Notes: generated by a model not told the origin, from the letters alone. A stretch of 36,290 bases of DNA from a virus (IMGVR_UViG_3300017747_001556:1-36290), one strand, 5' to 3'. Positions 1 to 7,309 are shown, counted from the stretch's first letter. A program made the numbers and translations.

Positions 1-81
1 GGAATCGAACCTGTACGATTGCATAGGTTCACCCCGCAATCTATATGGATTTTAAGCGTCTAACCATTCCGCCACCTGACT
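1..81 (-). tRNA. Atypical/pseudo tRNA-Leu(UAA)-like element, 3' end cut by the window edge
   Basis: Minus strand reads AGTCAGG TG GCGGAATGGTTAGACGC TTAAAATCCAT...ACAGG TTCGATT CC: Leu-type D arm and T arm. The CTTAAAA loop and TCCAT strand are present but the 5' anticodon-stem strand is missing, and there is a long extra arm GATTGC...GCAATC. Confidence 0.7.
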
Positions 82-87
82 ATGTTT

Positions 88-250
88 GAGGATGAGAAGT
101 CCTCTGTGTTGTAAGCATTGGTATATAGTGAGCAAGGTTACTTAATTCACGCTTCATATCCTCACCTCAATTTTAATCATTGCCATGCCACAGATAAATC
201 TGCTTAGAGACATAGAACTTATCTGATTCCTTTCTCAAGGGAACAACACA
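88..250 (-). ncRNA. Unrecognised structured RNA with predicted kissing loops
   Basis: TGTGTTGT(250-243)/ACAACACA(112-105) closing stem. The loop TGAGAA of hairpin TTCC-CTTGAGAAA-GGAA is complementary to loop TTCTCA of the 3' hairpin GAGGA-CTTCTCA-TCCTC. Internal CAGATAA/TTATCTG and GTGAG/CTCAC stems. Confidence 0.55.
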
Positions 251-254
251 TTTT

Positions 255-365
255 ACCTTTTTAAACGACGTCGAGAAGGCTAACTCTATCTCCTATACGA
301 TGAGAACGGTAATTTGAGCTTATGTCAGAGGCTTTCCGTGTTTTACGATCCACTCGCGAGCGTGG
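255..365 (-). ncRNA. Candidate structured (pseudoknotted) RNA
   Basis: Non-coding and GC-richer than its surroundings. Hairpins CCAC/GTGG, TCTC/GAGA and GCCTT/AAGGT, plus crossing pairings ACGG/CCGT and CTCTG/TAGAG. Confidence 0.4.
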
Positions 366-629
366 CTAATCTTTTTCTACAACCTTCAATCCCCACATTA
401 GGTCAACCCATTTCATCTGATCAACCGATTTTCTCTTACTCCACCTTAACTTAGTTCTTAGCAAGTTAACTGAAAAGTCAACCCACTGATCTCTTTGAGC
501 TTGAGTCATAGTATATCTCGACCACCATCCATCTTCCTCCTTCAACAAATCCTCGTAAGATATATCATACCCAGCTATCTTCATCATCTCTATGATGATT
601 TCCTTGTATGCCTCGTCAATTTTGTTCAT
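366..629 (-). CDS. Hypothetical protein (87 aa)
   Basis: ORF overlapping the end of the upstream gene; phage-like composition. Confidence 0.75.
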   Translation of the reverse strand: MNKIDEAYKEIIIEMMKIAGYDISYEDLLKEEDGWWSRYTMTQAQRDQWVDFSVNLLRTKLRWSKRKSVDQMKWVDLMWGLKVVEKD

Positions 630-1041
630 CTATCAAAGTTATTGCTCGTTTCAAATACATTGCCTCGTCAAGAACCTCCTCGTATGCGTGCTGTAACCAA
701 TCCCTCAACTCAAGGTCCTTTCTATCCACAGTTGTCTTATACTTACCAAGACCTCGCATCTCTCTTAACTTTAAGTCATCCATCACAGCTGCTAAAGTAT
801 TAGAAGGAGAGCCGAATGTAATCTCATAATAACCATTACAAGCCTTCTCATGAACCTCCTCCCAAAATGCTCGGTCAGGAATTGATGAATTACTCCAATC
901 AAAAGCCAGCTCCAAAGCTGTAGCTAAATCTCCTACACCCAATCTTAGATTACGATCAGATGTGTTCTTTATGGCTAACTCTCTTAACCCATTATCAGGC
1001 AGGAGTTCAAACCACTCTCTAATTGTTTTTACCATACTCAT
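616..1041 (-). CDS. Two-domain protein with C-terminal all-alpha NTP-pyrophosphatase (MazG-like) motif
   Basis: C-terminus GLGKYKTTVDRKDL..DWLQHAYEEVLDEAMYL resembles the common phage KYGxTLDRxDL...EExxD family. Has its own promoter. Confidence 0.6.
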   Translation of the reverse strand: MSMVKTIREWFELLPDNGLRELAIKNTSDRNLRLGVGDLATALELAFDWSNSSIPDRAFWEEVHEKACNGYYEITFGSPSNTLAAVMDDLKLREMRGLGKYKTTVDRKDLELRDWLQHAYEEVLDEAMYLKRAITLIDEQN

Positions 1042-1058
1042 GTGTTATTGTTCGGGGA

Positions 1059-1091
1059 CAAAGATATAAAAAGAAACTCTTATATCGCAAA
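1059..1091 (-). promoter_or_regulatory. Bacteroidota housekeeping-sigma promoter
   Basis: TTTG(1091-1088)-N21-TATCTTTG(1066-1059). Confidence 0.8.
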
Positions 1092-1109
1092 TTTATTTTT
1101 TGAAAATTA

Positions 1110-1616
1110 CTAACAATTTAATTTCAATATCTCTTGAATACAGAACAGAACCTGCTTCTGATTCTTAGGGATGAACAGTGTTGCAGGTGGTGTTATCTTA
1201 CCACGATTGTCATTCATTAGCTTCTGCTTAAACATCTTCCAAACGTATGGGAACCTTTCATTTGCGAAGCCTTTACATTCGATTACCCAACTCTCATCCT
1301 TGGCTACAAAGTCAGGGGTGTATGTAATTGGGAGTACTCTTCTCATCCCTTTATTTTCAAGGTCTGGCTTCTTACCAACCTGCTCCCAAGTATCTCCGAT
1401 GTAAGTAAACCCTGGGAATATCTCGTAGCTTCTTGGCTCGTAATCAAATTCTAGCCCTGCATCTTTAAGCTTGTTGTATGTGAAGGCTTCAAGTTGGGAG
1501 GCGAATTTAATCCCATCTACGGTTTGCTTGTTTGATTTAATCTTGCCTGATGTACTGCGCTTGGAGTAATTCCTCTTCACAGCTCCTTTGTATGTTGCCT
1601 TTGCTTTTCTCGGCAT
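1110..1616 (-). CDS. PD-(D/E)xK endonuclease, T7 endonuclease I/DUF1064-like (putative Holliday junction resolvase)
   Basis: VDGIKFASQLE...FDYEP...YTPDFV...IECKGF motifs. Confidence 0.8.
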   Translation of the reverse strand: MPRKAKATYKGAVKRNYSKRSTSGKIKSNKQTVDGIKFASQLEAFTYNKLKDAGLEFDYEPRSYEIFPGFTYIGDTWEQVGKKPDLENKGMRRVLPITYTPDFVAKDESWVIECKGFANERFPYVWKMFKQKLMNDNRGKITPPATLFIPKNQKQVLFCIQEILKLNC

Positions 1617-1921
1617 TAAGATAGGTATTTGTTTAAGATAGCTTTCATTTCCTCAATCATCTCCACAGGAGCCACTCTACCAAATAAGTCAGACAACCTT
1701 GAGTAAAGTATCCCGACAGGATCTTCCTCGTATTTAATCCACTCAGGGGCTATCATATAAACCTTTCCTTCATAGTCTCTAACGAAAGCAACGGTATCAG
1801 AGTTATAGCTACCCCAATGTAATAAATATCCAGACTGGGCTATATTGAAATCAATTAGCCCTTCATGTCTGTGATAATCGTCTTGTGTAAAGAATTTTAC
1901 TTTGATCATTAGCAATTCCAA
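1616..1921 (-). CDS. Hypothetical protein (101 aa)
   Basis: ORF with TAATG coupling to the next gene. Confidence 0.7.
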   Translation of the reverse strand: MELLMIKVKFFTQDDYHRHEGLIDFNIAQSGYLLHWGSYNSDTVAFVRDYEGKVYMIAPEWIKYEEDPVGILYSRLSDLFGRVAPVEMIEEMKAILNKYLS

Positions 1922-2172
1922 GCTCTAAGGCTCTTATTGATTCTGCTGTTTGGATCTTTAGCTGTCTTAGCGGAGGTAAGCTTCTTCTTTGCCCCTTCCA
2001 TTCTGGCGCAAAATGACTTGCGTCTCTTAGCATCCTTCTCTGTCTTTGGTTTAGGAGCAGGAGGTTTAAGATTACCACCAGTGGATTTATTGTATGAAGC
2101 TCTACCCTTAGCGTTCAATCCACCCTTAGGGTCCTTACCTTCCTTACGAGTCCATGCTGCTGACTTAGCCAT
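1909..2172 (-). CDS. Basic phage protein, DUF6321-like
   Basis: AWTRKEGKxPKGGLNAKGRASYN...RRKSFCARM...SRINKSLRAWNC, a widespread aquatic phage family. Confidence 0.8.
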   Translation of the reverse strand: MAKSAAWTRKEGKDPKGGLNAKGRASYNKSTGGNLKPPAPKPKTEKDAKRRKSFCARMEGAKKKLTSAKTAKDPNSRINKSLRAWNC

Positions 2173-2330
2173 TACTTTTTCTTTTTAGTCTTAGCTTTAA
2201 TCTTCTTATCTTGGGCAAGCATAGCTTTGGTAGGCTTCTTTCCGGAACCTTTATTAGCACGGATGTTGTCCCAAAGACCTCTCTGGGACATTGATCCGTC
2301 AGCTCGTTTAATCATTTCTTTCTTAGCCAT
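2172..2330 (-). CDS. Lys-rich microprotein (52 aa), not in the ORF track
   Basis: MAKKEMIKRADGSMSQRGLWDNIRANKGSGKKPTKAMLAQDKKIKAKTKKKK; TAATG overlaps on both sides. Confidence 0.75.
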   Translation of the reverse strand: MAKKEMIKRADGSMSQRGLWDNIRANKGSGKKPTKAMLAQDKKIKAKTKKKK

Positions 2331-2446
2331 TATCCTTGACCTCTTGACTTTTTAACATTCTTATCCTTAGGAGACTTACGCTTGATATATTTACCAGGCT
2401 TTCTAGTCCCGAAGGTAACTTTGTTAGATGAAGTAGCTTTAGCCAT
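2330..2446 (-). CDS. Lys/Arg-rich microprotein ending RGQG (38 aa), not in the ORF track
   Basis: MAKATSSNKVTFGTRKPGKYIKRKSPKDKNVKKSRGQG; stop overlaps the next ATG. Confidence 0.75.
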   Translation of the reverse strand: MAKATSSNKVTFGTRKPGKYIKRKSPKDKNVKKSRGQG

Positions 2447-2466
2447 CTATTTATATTTCGCCAAAT

Positions 2467-2586
2467 CTAGCATTTTCCACCACTTTTGGCGGCTTTTGAT
2501 GGGTTAGCTACAATCTTGTTAGGGTTCATTCCCTTAGTCTTTACCTTTGGCATAGACTTCTTTGCGGTTTTGCTAGTGTATTTCAT
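2467..2586 (-). CDS. Lys-rich microprotein (39 aa), not in the ORF track
   Basis: MKYTSKTAKKSMPKVKTKGMNPNKIVANPSKAAKSGGKC; A-rich leader. Confidence 0.65.
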   Translation of the reverse strand: MKYTSKTAKKSMPKVKTKGMNPNKIVANPSKAAKSGGKC

Positions 2587-2596
2587 ATTTTTATTT

Positions 2597-3136
2597 TTAA
2601 ATTACTGGATAATATCTAACCTCAACAATAGGTTGTTTTTCTGTATAAATTAAAAGATTTGCCCCTTCCCCTCCTTCTCCTAAACTAGGGATGCTAATTA
2701 TTATATTACTTCCACTCCCATAGTTCAAATTATATTTTCTGTAAACAAATATTTCACTTGTTTGGAAAGAATCAATAATACATTGAGAAATAGAAAAATC
2801 TAAATCATTTTCCCCTGTATTGTAAATAGTAACTTGAACAGGATCGCTTGCTAAATCACCACCAACAGTAACATCTACTTTTATATCAAACCCTTGAGGA
2901 AATGAATTGTATATTGGATAAGATATATCTTCTAAATTAGAATCTAAAGCTAATTTATATACAAAAGAATAATAAGGAGCGCCACCTCCCAAAGCAGATA
3001 CAGGAACAGCCTTTTGCTCAACTCTGCTTCCTGTCAAAGGAGTATTGATAATCACTAAGTCTGTACTCTCAGCTGATTCAACTATGAATGAGCCTGGTAT
3101 TACAGCTTGTTTAGATATGATTCCATTGTTAGGCAT
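2597..3136 (-). CDS. Hypothetical beta-rich protein (179 aa), possibly virion-associated
   Basis: Long ORF with AT-rich codons; no recognised motif. Confidence 0.65.
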   Translation of the reverse strand: MPNNGIISKQAVIPGSFIVESAESTDLVIINTPLTGSRVEQKAVPVSALGGGAPYYSFVYKLALDSNLEDISYPIYNSFPQGFDIKVDVTVGGDLASDPVQVTIYNTGENDLDFSISQCIIDSFQTSEIFVYRKYNLNYGSGSNIIISIPSLGEGGEGANLLIYTEKQPIVEVRYYPVI

Positions 3137-3195
3137 CTCAATTAATTTGAAGTAAATATAGTAAACAATTTATCTTATCACCACCAAAACTTTTA

Positions 3196-3441
3196 CTAAT
3201 TATTCATCATCAATCCTAGCACATCATCCTCGTGAATGTAACCAAATCGGTTTCCATCCTCTTCTGATGGGATTAACTTCTTGAATAAGATCTGTTGCCC
3301 AGGTTTAAACTCGCTAACCTCTGGTCCAGTCTCAATAATCATCCCTGTGTTAGAGAACTTAGCGCTACCTAGCGTATGTATCGTGTTGCTGTTTTCAATC
3401 AAGTCAGGCTTAATCTTCAGCATCTTCCCCAATGGTTTCAT
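3196..3441 (-). CDS. GroES/Cpn10-like co-chaperonin
   Basis: MKPLGKMLKIKP...TGMIIETGPEVSEFKPGQQILF...IHEDDVLG follows the Cpn10 pattern. Confidence 0.8.
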   Translation of the reverse strand: MKPLGKMLKIKPDLIENSNTIHTLGSAKFSNTGMIIETGPEVSEFKPGQQILFKKLIPSEEDGNRFGYIHEDDVLGLMMNN

Positions 3442-3721
3442 TGCTTTGTGTGTTTTCGTTATTAATCATTTGAGCCATCCTTGCAAATCGCTTGATGGCA
3501 TTTTTCTTATTCAGTGCAGATATGTACAGGAACTTGTCACGGATGAACACTTGCTTCCTAATCTCCTTCCTTCCGTCAGGCATCTCAATAAGCTTTCCCT
3601 CAACGTGAGCCTCTGTTACCTCTCCAGTCTCAGTGTCCAACTGAAACAATCTATGTCCCTTTTTAGGGGAAATGGAACCCAAGAGTTTAGTCTCAGGTTC
3701 CTTTTTTTCCATCTCGTCCAT
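3410..3721 (-). CDS. Hypothetical protein (103 aa)
   Basis: ORF directly after a TATATTTG promoter element. Confidence 0.7.
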   Translation of the reverse strand: MDEMEKKEPETKLLGSISPKKGHRLFQLDTETGEVTEAHVEGKLIEMPDGRKEIRKQVFIRDKFLYISALNKKNAIKRFARMAQMINNENTQSNETIGEDAED

Positions 3722-3725
3722 GTCA

Positions 3726-3733
3726 CAAATATA
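3726..3733 (-). promoter_or_regulatory. Bacteroidota -7 promoter element (likely leaderless transcript)
   Basis: TATATTTG 4 nt before the ATG at 3721. Confidence 0.6.
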
Positions 3734-3744
3734 CGGAATAATTG

Positions 3745-4566
3745 TTACGAAATTAAATCATCTTTCGCTTCATCAAGGTCTGTAAACTCTACATCCTCGA
3801 TGATTAGCTCGTTCTCTTCGTTTACTTTCGCTCTACCACCGGTTGATAGTTTATCGTCAAGCTCTACTGCACGAGCAATCTCGCTAACGCCTTGCTTAGG
3901 AACAGTCTTCAACGCCTGCTTGATAGCCGCCTTCTTGAACATCCAGTCAGCTACATCAGTACCATTGTTGTACGGAGATGATCCGGAACCGCCTGCCTTA
4001 GACAATGACTTAATCTTGTTAAGCTGATTAGCATCCAAAACTTCGATGATTGGGTCAGCCCCTTCCAACTTGATTACAGCATAGGCGCAATGAACTTTCT
4101 TAGCCTTCTCCTGCTCAGGAGTGCGGTTCATTATTGGGTCATGCTCAAGGACTAGATTCAAACCACGAGAGTACTTAAACTTCCCTGCCTCAACCTCGTC
4201 ATTGTAAACAACTCCAGCATAGATAGACTTAACTCGTGGGTTACGATAAGCAATCTCTACCAATCCTTTGTAACCAATTTGGAACTGAACATCCTTTCCG
4301 TATGGGATGACATAAGCAAAACCTTCTGGAGTGTTGAAACGAAGCTTTAATTCAGCAGATACAAGCACCGCTGCGAATAGTGACGCACGGTCACATTGCA
4401 ATAGTTTTGGAGACTTCTTCACAGCTGTCATTACGCTGATTGCGAACTCATCTGCCGATACTCCGTACTTGTTACCTACTAACTTTAAGATTGTGTCCTC
4501 ATAGCCCTTCATTTGAGCCTCGAACTTCTGCATTTCCTGCTTTACTGTTGCTACTTGTGTACTCAT
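3745..4566 (-). CDS. recT: RecT-family single-strand annealing recombinase
   Basis: KSPKLLQCDRASL...AYVIPYGKDVQFQIGYKGLVEIAYR...WMFKKAAIKQALK. Confidence 0.92.
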   Translation of the reverse strand: MSTQVATVKQEMQKFEAQMKGYEDTILKLVGNKYGVSADEFAISVMTAVKKSPKLLQCDRASLFAAVLVSAELKLRFNTPEGFAYVIPYGKDVQFQIGYKGLVEIAYRNPRVKSIYAGVVYNDEVEAGKFKYSRGLNLVLEHDPIMNRTPEQEKAKKVHCAYAVIKLEGADPIIEVLDANQLNKIKSLSKAGGSGSSPYNNGTDVADWMFKKAAIKQALKTVPKQGVSEIARAVELDDKLSTGGRAKVNEENELIIEDVEFTDLDEAKDDLIS

Positions 4567-4913
4567 TAGTTTATTGTTTCATCATTGTTAAACTTCAATT
4601 TATCCATCGCATCAATCGTTCCCACAATCTCATCATCACTCATCTTCATCACCTCTTTAGCATCTACTCCAGTCATCTGCTGAATAAGGTCCTCCATCAA
4701 CGGAGTCATTCCGAAGCGGATAACCAAATCGAATTGATTCTTTGACATCACGAATGGTAGGACTTTCATCTCCCCAAACTCTTGCATATACTCAGCGTCT
4801 AACTCTTTAACATCATCCTTGTCAATGATGTCGATAAATAGAAGATCATTGTCTTCCCCGATAACAATGGAAACCTTCTCATTGTCGCTCAGCTTGATTC
4901 TTGTTTTTTTCAT
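4566..4913 (-). CDS. Hypothetical acidic protein (115 aa)
   Basis: ORF coupled to recT by TAATG. Confidence 0.7.
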   Translation of the reverse strand: MKKTRIKLSDNEKVSIVIGEDNDLLFIDIIDKDDVKELDAEYMQEFGEMKVLPFVMSKNQFDLVIRFGMTPLMEDLIQQMTGVDAKEVMKMSDDEIVGTIDAMDKLKFNNDETIN

Positions 4914-4928
4914 TGTGTATTGTGTTTA

Positions 4929-5141
4929 TTAAATTCCTTGGTTTGCTACGTCCTCCATCAAGTCCTCTACATCTTCTTCTAAAAGCTGTATTCTCTCAAG
5001 AACACCCTCATACCTCAAGTCAGCGATGCGATCAATATTTGATACTTCCATCTTCAACTCTGCGATAACTCTCAAATGGAGAAAGGTTACGATGCCTAGT
5101 ACTCCCACTAGCACCGATAAGATTGTGATTGATAAAATCAT
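4929..5141 (-). CDS. Small membrane-anchored coiled-coil protein
   Basis: N-terminal hydrophobic helix followed by a heptad-like acidic tail; promoter upstream. Confidence 0.7.
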   Translation of the reverse strand: MILSITILSVLVGVLGIVTFLHLRVIAELKMEVSNIDRIADLRYEGVLERIQLLEEDVEDLMEDVANQGI

Positions 5142-5156
5142 TGTTTTTTATTTTTA

Positions 5157-5164
5157 CAAATATA
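5157..5164 (-). promoter_or_regulatory. Bacteroidota -7 promoter element
   Basis: TATATTTG followed by an A-rich leader to the ATG at 5141. Confidence 0.65.
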
Positions 5165-5220
5165 GTTAGTAAACTGCTTGATTAAAATTTAAATGAAAAA
5201 ATTTTATTAACATTGAATAT

Positions 5221-5320
5221 ATAGTATAGTATATATATTTCTATTTTCATTTTCATTTTCATTTTCCTACCGATGGTACTAAATTGATACATAATTTTTA
5301 CTAGTGTAATACATTAGTAC
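5221..5320. repeat. Intergenic origin-like segment: (TTTTCA)n AT-rich element plus iteron-like 11-mers
   Basis: ATATATATTT..TTTTCATTTTCATTTTCATTTTCC followed by TTTTTACTAGT GTAATACATTA, in the same order as 20021-20136 inside the initiator gene. Confidence 0.55.
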
Positions 5321-6186
5321 TTTTCTGTAAGCTCATCGTTCTCTTGTTTCATGTACGCGTACTGAGGTAAATCAAGGTCCATAATGCCAGACTTGTGATC
5401 TGCACGAACCTCATATCCTTTGCTCCAATCGTTGTTGGTTACGCACTCCTTATGCAACGCTAACAAGGACTGACACGTTACCCATCCTGTATCCAATGCA
5501 CCTGGACTTAGGAAGTAGTTTGCACTGCAATACGGAGCCTTATTCTCCACAGCTATAAACAAGAACCTGTTGTACTTATCCGTTCCGTGAATGGCTTTTA
5601 AACCCATAGAATAGAAAGCCGCCTGCTCATGGTATCGGTAGTTCCATAAACTACGCTGAAAGTCGCTAGGATGAGCCGAGATGGTTGTCTTTAAGTCGAT
5701 GATTAGATCCTTGTCGGGAACATAGGCATCGGGTCTACCTTTGCAAATAAGACCAGTCATTGGATCTTTCCATTGGATTCCCTTTTCAATCACAGCTTTC
5801 TCAAGCAATGACTTGATTACAGGGTTAGATAGAACGCTATCAGCCATAGCCTTAGCCTGCTCGTATATCTCAGCGTCAACAATCTGCCTGCCGTGTAGGG
5901 AAGCCTCCTCCAAAAGAGCCTGCTTCCAAGCCTTGTTCTCCATGGAGCGAAAGTCTTTGGTTGGTTCAGGGCGGAGAAGAGGATTGATGATAGTAAAGTC
6001 CTGCTCCACCGTGTGTGGCTCAAGCACCATCGAGTGAACCAACGTGCCTAGCATTTGTGATTCTGTTGCTTGACGTCTGTTCTCCTTAGCCCATTTGAAA
6101 TGTCTTGGGGACTTGTGGTATTCTTTCAATAAAGAATAGTTGATTCCCTCTACTTCGTTGTAATTCGTTTGTACATCGTTACTCAT
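5314..6186 (-). CDS. RecE/exonuclease VIII-like PD-(D/E)xK exonuclease (DUF3799-like)
   Basis: INYSLLKEYHKSPRHF, LGTLVHSMVLEP, CKGRPDAY...IIDLKTT, YHEQAAFY, FLFIAVENKAPY. Upstream of recT. ATG at 6186 preferred over the track start at 6219. Confidence 0.9.
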   Translation of the reverse strand: MSNDVQTNYNEVEGINYSLLKEYHKSPRHFKWAKENRRQATESQMLGTLVHSMVLEPHTVEQDFTIINPLLRPEPTKDFRSMENKAWKQALLEEASLHGRQIVDAEIYEQAKAMADSVLSNPVIKSLLEKAVIEKGIQWKDPMTGLICKGRPDAYVPDKDLIIDLKTTISAHPSDFQRSLWNYRYHEQAAFYSMGLKAIHGTDKYNRFLFIAVENKAPYCSANYFLSPGALDTGWVTCQSLLALHKECVTNNDWSKGYEVRADHKSGIMDLDLPQYAYMKQENDELTEKY

Positions 6187-6224
6187 ATCGTTTGTTTTAA
6201 AGTGGTTTAATTTGACCACTTTGG

Positions 6225-6467
6225 TTATTTATATTTTCTAATTAACTTGAATGTTGTTTTCATAACCTGCCAGTTAAGATGTGGTTCTTCACCATTTTTC
6301 ACGCCATACCATGCAATACAATACCCATGATTAGCATTAATCCAATCTTCTGGTTCTACTCTATTACCATTAACTTTATGTAGGTATATCCAAGGAGCAT
6401 TACCCATAAGTTCTATGGTTATACCAATCTTTTTAAGACGTTCTACAAACACGGTGATCTCATTCAT
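6225..6467 (-). CDS. Hypothetical protein (80 aa)
   Basis: RLKKIGITIELMGNAPWIYLHKVNG, a recurrent Bacteroidota-phage sequence type. Confidence 0.7.
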   Translation of the reverse strand: MNEITVFVERLKKIGITIELMGNAPWIYLHKVNGNRVEPEDWINANHGYCIAWYGVKNGEEPHLNWQVMKTTFKLIRKYK

Positions 6468-6681
6468 CTTGACCCCCTATTTTATATTCATCTTTAACAT
6501 TTAAATGATGTAATACAGCAACATATACTGCATAAAACAAAGCGCTCGTACCTATAATCCCTAAACCACTAACAAATATCTTAACAAATATTTCTTGCCA
6601 ATAATAACACGCAATAAAAACAAATGGAAACACTCCCATAATTAATGACGTGATTAGTGCTGCTTTTTGTTTATTATTCAT
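6460..6681 (-). CDS. Small two-TM membrane protein
   Basis: From MNNKQKAAL: two hydrophobic helices. Start chosen to overlap the upstream stop. Confidence 0.65.
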   Translation of the reverse strand: MNNKQKAALITSLIMGVFPFVFIACYYWQEIFVKIFVSGLGIIGTSALFYAVYVAVLHHLNVKDEYKIGGQDE

Positions 6682-6904
6682 CTTTACCTCCGTGTGTTTG
6701 TTCGTAGTATTTCTCTGCTTCCGTCCATTTATTATGAACATTATACGCATCAATATCAACTCCGTGATAAAACGCATCTTGAATCTGCTCACGTTCCATT
6801 TCAATTAACTCATCATAGTTGTTTATCATCCAATACTTGAAATCACCATCTGATAACAGACTGAATTTATCTAATATCAATTGAACTGCTGTTTGTTTAC
6901 TCAT
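6674..6904 (-). CDS. Hypothetical protein (KQTAV...EMEREQI...AEKYY type)
   Basis: Motif pattern typical of small flavobacterial-phage proteins. Confidence 0.7.
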   Translation of the reverse strand: MSKQTAVQLILDKFSLLSDGDFKYWMINNYDELIEMEREQIQDAFYHGVDIDAYNVHNKWTEAEKYYEQTHGGKDE

Positions 6905-6954
6905 AGTTATTTGTTTTTACCCCATCAGGTATAATACCGCCTGGTATAAACCAT

Positions 6955-7308
6955 TTATACCTCATCGGGTGTTGGTTTGTTTTTTAATTTATGTAGATCA
7001 TTTTTTAGGCGCTTCAAGAATGAATCTTCCCCATCATCTCCAGATACTAGCCAGTCTATTCGCTGAGCATATATCGCAGCGATGCGTAGATAATTCAACC
7101 CCTCCTTGAACTTCTCGATGACCTCATCAGGATACTTGTGGTGATACAAGTCCTCAGGATACTTCTCATACCATTCTGGATCATACCAACTCGCATCCTT
7201 TAGTTCCTGATCAGTCTTCTTCCTTCCGTTCTTCTCAATCAACTTCTCAACATCATCAGCCATGTCATCTATTTGCCATTGCTTGTATTCAAAAAATCCC
7301 CCACTCAT
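6955..7308 (-). CDS. Conserved hypothetical phage protein (MSGGxFxY type)
   Basis: MSGGFFEYKQ...AQRIDWLVSGDDGEDSF. Confidence 0.75.
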   Translation of the reverse strand: MSGGFFEYKQWQIDDMADDVEKLIEKNGRKKTDQELKDASWYDPEWYEKYPEDLYHHKYPDEVIEKFKEGLNYLRIAAIYAQRIDWLVSGDDGEDSFLKRLKNDLHKLKNKPTPDEV

Positions 7309-7309
7309 A

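Noticed and set aside
1-81. tmRNA tRNA-like domain
   Set aside because: The acceptor begins AGT rather than GGG (no G3 for the G3-U70 alanine identity), a D stem is present, and there is no internal tag ORF.
3281-4027. 248-aa plus-strand ORF and the other antisense or nested track ORFs
   Set aside because: Shadow frames of well-supported genes (recT, GroES-like, TerL, portal, MCP) with atypical composition.
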